The translations under genes and the position numbers were made by a program. 38,381 bases of DNA from a virus (lineage: Duplodnaviria > Heunggongvirae > Uroviricota > Caudoviricetes). The DNA lies in IMG/VR virus record IMGVR_UViG_2563366886_000002, positions 1-38,381 of that record, one strand, 5' to 3'. The notes beneath the pieces are model-generated. The model had not been told where the DNA came from, ran no database searches, and saw nothing but the letters and a program-made list of their open reading frames with translations. How positions within the stretch are numbered: the stretch's first letter is position 1; every line of letters begins with the position of its first letter. This document shows, piece after piece, positions 34,471 to 38,381 of this stretch.

Positions 34471-37400
34471 ATGAGTGTGGCGACATTACGTGAACTGATT
34501 ATTAAAATCTCGGCAAATTCCCGGTCATTCCAGTCAGAGATCTCCCGGGCTTCGCGTATGGGGCAGGATTACTACCGTACCATGCAGAACGGAGGCCGGC
34601 AGTCCGCTGCTGCATCCCGTGAAATGCGGCGTGCACTGGCAGAAGTGACGGATCAGATAAATACAGCTAAATCTTCGGCACTAAACATGGCGGGGGCATT
34701 TGCCGGGGCTTTTGCTACCGGTCATCTTATTTCTCTCGCCGATGAGTGGAATTCAGTAAATGCCCGTCTGAAGCAGGCCTCACAGTCCAGTGATGATTTT
34801 CAGTCATCACAGCGTGAATTAATGGCGATCAGCCAGAGAACGGGGACGGCTTTTTCTGATAACGCCAGCCTTTTTGCCCGCTCTGCAGCTTCCATGCGGG
34901 AGTATGGTTACAGTTCTGAGGAGGTACTGAAAGTCACCGAGGCGATCTCCACGGGCCTGAAATTATCCGGTGCCAGTACAGCAGAAGCCAGTTCGGTGAT
35001 CACGCAGTTCAGTCAGGCTCTGGCGCAGGGAGTGCTGCGCGGTGAAGAGTTTAACTCGGTGAATGAGAACGGCGATCGTGTTATTCGTGCTCTGGCTGCG
35101 GGAATGGGAGTTGCCCGTAAGGATCTGAAGGCCATGGCGGATAACGGAAAGTTGACCGCCGATAAGGTTGTTCCTGCACTGATTAGTCAGCTTGGGGCAT
35201 TACGTGATGAATATGCGGCAATGCCTGATACGGTTTCATCCTCTGCAACCAAAGTTGAAAACGCCTTTATGGCCTGGGTTGGTGGTGCGAACGAGGCAAG
35301 CGGAGTGACGAAGACGCTCTCCGGTGTGCTGAATGGTCTTGCAGGCAATATTGACACCGTGGCAACCGCTGCCGGTGCTCTGGTTGCCGTCGGGGTAGCC
35401 CGATATTTTGGCAATATGGCGTCGTCTGCTGGATCTGCAACTGCCGGATTAATTACTGCAGCCAGAAACGAAGTGGCTCTTGCTGAAGCGCAACTTCGGG
35501 GGACACAGATAGCAACCGCCAGGGCGCGTGCGGCGGTTTATCGTGCGCAACAGGCGGTTGTTGCTGCTCGCGGTACCGAAAGGCAGGCCGCAGCAGAAGC
35601 GAAGCTGACAGCTGCCCAGGCGTCACTTACCCGTAATATTGCGGCCAGAACAGCGGCACAGACAACGCTGAATACTGTCACGTCAGTGGGGAGTCGTCTG
35701 TTAAGTGGTGCGCTGGGGTTGGTTGGTGGTGTGCCGGGACTCGTCATGCTGGGGGCGACGGCCTGGTACACGATGTATCAGAATCAGGAGCAGGCCAGAG
35801 AATCTGCACGCCAGTATGCCGCAACAATCGACGAAATTCGCCAGAAAACGTCGGCAATGTCGCTTCCTGAAGCGTCAGATAATGAGGAAAAGACGCGGCA
35901 GGCACTTGATGAGCAAAACAGGTTAATTGACGAGCAGAAAAGTAAGATTAAATCCTTACAGGAAAAAATTGCTGGCTATCAGTATGTGCTGGCAAACCCG
36001 GGCTGGACAACCGATAACGGTTTTATGATTAACCACATGACGTCGGTAAAAACTGTCACAGAAGGGCTTGCAGAAGCAACAAATCAACTGGCAGTTGAAC
36101 AGTCCCGTCTCACACAAATGCAGGGCAAAGCGCAATCCATTCAGGATGTGCTTGCCGGGCTGGAGGAGCGACGGGTGGCGTTGATCCGTCAACAGGCCGC
36201 GGAACAAAACAAAGCGTATCAGTCCCTGTTGATCATGAATGGGCAGCATACCGAGTTTAATCGCCTTCTCGGGCTCGGTAATGAATTACTTCAGCAGCGA
36301 CAGGGGCTGGTGAATGTACCGTTACGGCTACCACAGGCAACCCTGGATGATAAACAGCAGACTGCACTGAATAACAGCGAGCGCGAACTGGCTCTGTCCC
36401 GCCTGAAGGGGGAAGCCCGTGAGCGTGCCCGCCTGGGTTATGCTGCGGATGATCTCGGCTTTGTGGGAGAGGCGTATCAGACAGCCAGACAGAATTATAT
36501 CAATAACTCACTGGATGCCTGGCGAAATAACCAGGCAAATAAACCCAAAGCGCATAAAAAGACCGAAGCGGAAAAAACAGAAGATATTTATAAACGGCTG
36601 ATTAAACAGCAAAAAGAACAAATAGCACTGGCAGGGCAGAATACTGAACTGGCTAAGATGAAATATCAGGTCAGTCAGGGCGAATTATCAACCCTGTCAG
36701 AAGCGCAGAAAAAAACGCTTTTGCAGAATGCAGCACTCATCGACCAGAAAAAGATTCGTGAGCAGCTTGCTGCGTATGAAAGCAGCCTGGCGGACAGTAA
36801 TGCCAGTACCCGGGCATCTGACGAAGCGCAGTTACTGGGATATGGTGAAGGCTCACGGATGCGTGAACGACTCCAGGAAATGTGGAGTATCCGGCATGAG
36901 TTTGAGCAGAAAAATAACGAGCTGCTGAGACAGTATCAGGCCGGAGAAATTGAAGAAGCCCTGTGGAAACAGGAGAAAGAACTGAATAAAAAATATCTGG
37001 AAGAGCGTCTCAGCGATCAGCAGGATTATTATGCAAAGGCCGATGCTTTACGTAATAACTGGAATGCAGGACTCCAGGAGGGGCTGACCAACTGGGCAGA
37101 CAGTGCCACCGATTATGCTTCGCAGGCGGCAGATGCTGTCGTTTCCACTATGGACGGACTGGTATCAAATATTTCCGATGCACTGGCCGGAAATGTTGTG
37201 GACTGGAGAAACTGGGGGAGTTCAGTTCTCCGGGAAGTTTCAAAAATTCTGATGAATGCGGCCATTGTTAACGGACTGAAGTCACTCTCCGGTGCCGGAG
37301 GGTGGCTTGGTACAGTCGGCGGATGGATTTCGGGGGCGGTGGCAAACGCAAAAGGTGGTGTTTACACATCGGCAAATCTGAGTGCTTACAGTAACACTAT

Positions 37401-37704
37401 TGTGGATACACCGACGTATTTTGCTTTTGCGAAAGGTGCCGGGCTGATGGGCGAGGCCGGGCCTGAAGCTATCATGCCACTGACACGGGCAGCGGACGGC
37501 TCTCTTGGGGTCAGAGCCATTGGCAATGTGAATAGTGGCGGGGGGTTTGTTTATTCTCCCGTGTATCACATCAGCATTCAGAATCAAGGGAGCAATGGCG
37601 AGATAGATGCGCGCTCAGCCAGGGGACTGGTGGATCTGATCGACAGCAGGGTTGTGTCAATTATGCAGTCATCGCGTCGGGATGGAGGATTGTACAGTGC
37701 CTGA
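34471..37704 (+). CDS. tail tape measure protein
   Basis: 1077-aa ORF, Ala/Gln-rich and coiled-coil rich, after G/GT; GGAGA RBS. Confidence 0.9.
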   Translation: MSVATLRELIIKISANSRSFQSEISRASRMGQDYYRTMQNGGRQSAAASREMRRALAEVTDQINTAKSSALNMAGAFAGAFATGHLISLADEWNSVNARLKQASQSSDDFQSSQRELMAISQRTGTAFSDNASLFARSAASMREYGYSSEEVLKVTEAISTGLKLSGASTAEASSVITQFSQALAQGVLRGEEFNSVNENGDRVIRALAAGMGVARKDLKAMADNGKLTADKVVPALISQLGALRDEYAAMPDTVSSSATKVENAFMAWVGGANEASGVTKTLSGVLNGLAGNIDTVATAAGALVAVGVARYFGNMASSAGSATAGLITAARNEVALAEAQLRGTQIATARARAAVYRAQQAVVAARGTERQAAAEAKLTAAQASLTRNIAARTAAQTTLNTVTSVGSRLLSGALGLVGGVPGLVMLGATAWYTMYQNQEQARESARQYAATIDEIRQKTSAMSLPEASDNEEKTRQALDEQNRLIDEQKSKIKSLQEKIAGYQYVLANPGWTTDNGFMINHMTSVKTVTEGLAEATNQLAVEQSRLTQMQGKAQSIQDVLAGLEERRVALIRQQAAEQNKAYQSLLIMNGQHTEFNRLLGLGNELLQQRQGLVNVPLRLPQATLDDKQQTALNNSERELALSRLKGEARERARLGYAADDLGFVGEAYQTARQNYINNSLDAWRNNQANKPKAHKKTEAEKTEDIYKRLIKQQKEQIALAGQNTELAKMKYQVSQGELSTLSEAQKKTLLQNAALIDQKKIREQLAAYESSLADSNASTRASDEAQLLGYGEGSRMRERLQEMWSIRHEFEQKNNELLRQYQAGEIEEALWKQEKELNKKYLEERLSDQQDYYAKADALRNNWNAGLQEGLTNWADSATDYASQAADAVVSTMDGLVSNISDALAGNVVDWRNWGSSVLREVSKILMNAAIVNGLKSLSGAGGWLGTVGGWISGAVANAKGGVYTSANLSAYSNTIVDTPTYFAFAKGAGLMGEAGPEAIMPLTRAADGSLGVRAIGNVNSGGGFVYSPVYHISIQNQGSNGEIDARSARGLVDLIDSRVVSIMQSSRRDGGLYSA

Positions 37705-38038
37705 GCCTGAAGTTTTTAACTGGATCCCCCGTGAGGGGATGGAGACGACACGAAAGCCATCAGTTATTACGGTAAAGTTTGGTGACGGATATGAACAGCG
37801 ACGGGCTGGTGGTCTGAATGCGGATCTGAAAACGTTTAAACCGGTATTTCGTGTCACAGATGAATATTCCCGTGCCGCGCTGGACAGTTTTTTATCCCGT
37901 CATGCCGGGATTCGTGCTTTTTTGTGGCGTCCGCCAAAACACAACAGGACTGTCCGGGTTGTCTGCAGGGAGTGGAGCATTTCGGATAATGCCATGTATA
38001 CCGATTTTAACTGTACCTTTGAAGAGGTCACTCACTGA
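37697..38038 (+). CDS. minor tail protein M (lambda gpM-like)
   Basis: GGAGG RBS then GTG overlapping the tape measure stop; ...VKFGDGYEQRRAGGLNADLKTF...FLWRPP... parallels lambda gpM. Confidence 0.75.
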   Translation: MPEPEVFNWIPREGMETTRKPSVITVKFGDGYEQRRAGGLNADLKTFKPVFRVTDEYSRAALDSFLSRHAGIRAFLWRPPKHNRTVRVVCREWSISDNAMYTDFNCTFEEVTH

Positions 38039-38381
38039 TGCAGGATATACAGCAGGAAACACTCAATGAGTGCACTAAAACGGAGCAATCCGCGCTGATC
38101 GTGCTCTGGGAAATTGATCTGACAGAGGTCGGCGGAGATCGTTATTTCTTCTGTAATGAGCAGAACGAAAAAGGTGAACCAGTCACCTGGCAGGGGCGGC
38201 AGTATCAGGCCTATCCCATTCAGGGAAGTGGATTTGAGATGAACGGCAAAGGAGCCAGTGCAAGGCCAACGCTGAAAGTCTCTAATCTGCACGGCATGGT
38301 CACCGGGATGGCGGAAGACCTGCAGAGTCTGGTCGGCGGAACGGTGGTCAGGCGTAAGGTTTACGCCCGTTTTCTGGATGC
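38038..38381 (+). CDS. minor tail protein L (lambda gpL-like), partial at window end
   Basis: MQDIQQETLNECTKTEQSALIVLWEIDLTEVGGDRYFFCNEQNEKGEPVTWQGRQYQAYPIQGSGFEMNGKG... nearly identical to lambda gpL N-terminus from memory. Confidence 0.85.
   Translation, partial: MQDIQQETLNECTKTEQSALIVLWEIDLTEVGGDRYFFCNEQNEKGEPVTWQGRQYQAYPIQGSGFEMNGKGASARPTLKVSNLHGMVTGMAEDLQSLVGGTVVRRKVYARFLD

Noticed and set aside
34471-37704. Numerous antisense and alternative-frame ORFs inside the tape measure, terminase and IS1 genes (for example 381..596, 19274..19783, 35538..35771, 28807..29463)
   Set aside because: They lie wholly within strong, recognisable genes on the other strand or frame and have atypical composition; treated as ORF-finder noise.

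Overview
This window reads as the late region of an enterobacterial lambdoid prophage (E. coli-like). From left to right: an IS1 copy, a hok toxin locus, a DUF968 (YdfU-like) gene, rusA, antiterminator Q with a pR'/tR'-like promoter and terminator, two tRNA genes, an AT-rich cargo locus at the position where Stx phages carry stx, a pinholin / SAR-endolysin / Rz-Rz1 lysis cassette with bor, then HNH, small terminase and large terminase. The large-terminase gene is split in two (11249..12277 and 27508..28251) by a ~15.2 kb integrative element. That element has an integrase at its left border (apparently frameshifted), two AlpA-like regulators, a Bro-N protein, a small repressor-like gene with a palindromic operator-promoter, a DUF927 P-loop replication protein followed by iterons, SSB, a PerC-like regulator, an AT-rich reverse-strand accessory gene, and its own HK97-type capsid, protease, portal, connector, HNH, terS and terL, but no tail or lysis genes. 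This matches the architecture of capsid-forming phage satellites (cf-PICI-like), here nested inside the helper prophage's packaging gene. Downstream of the element the helper's own HK97-type head genes and lambda-like tail genes follow (portal through tape measure, M, partial L). All calls are from reading the sequence and ORF translations by eye; no database search was run, so family assignments rest on recognised motifs and start codons are approximate.
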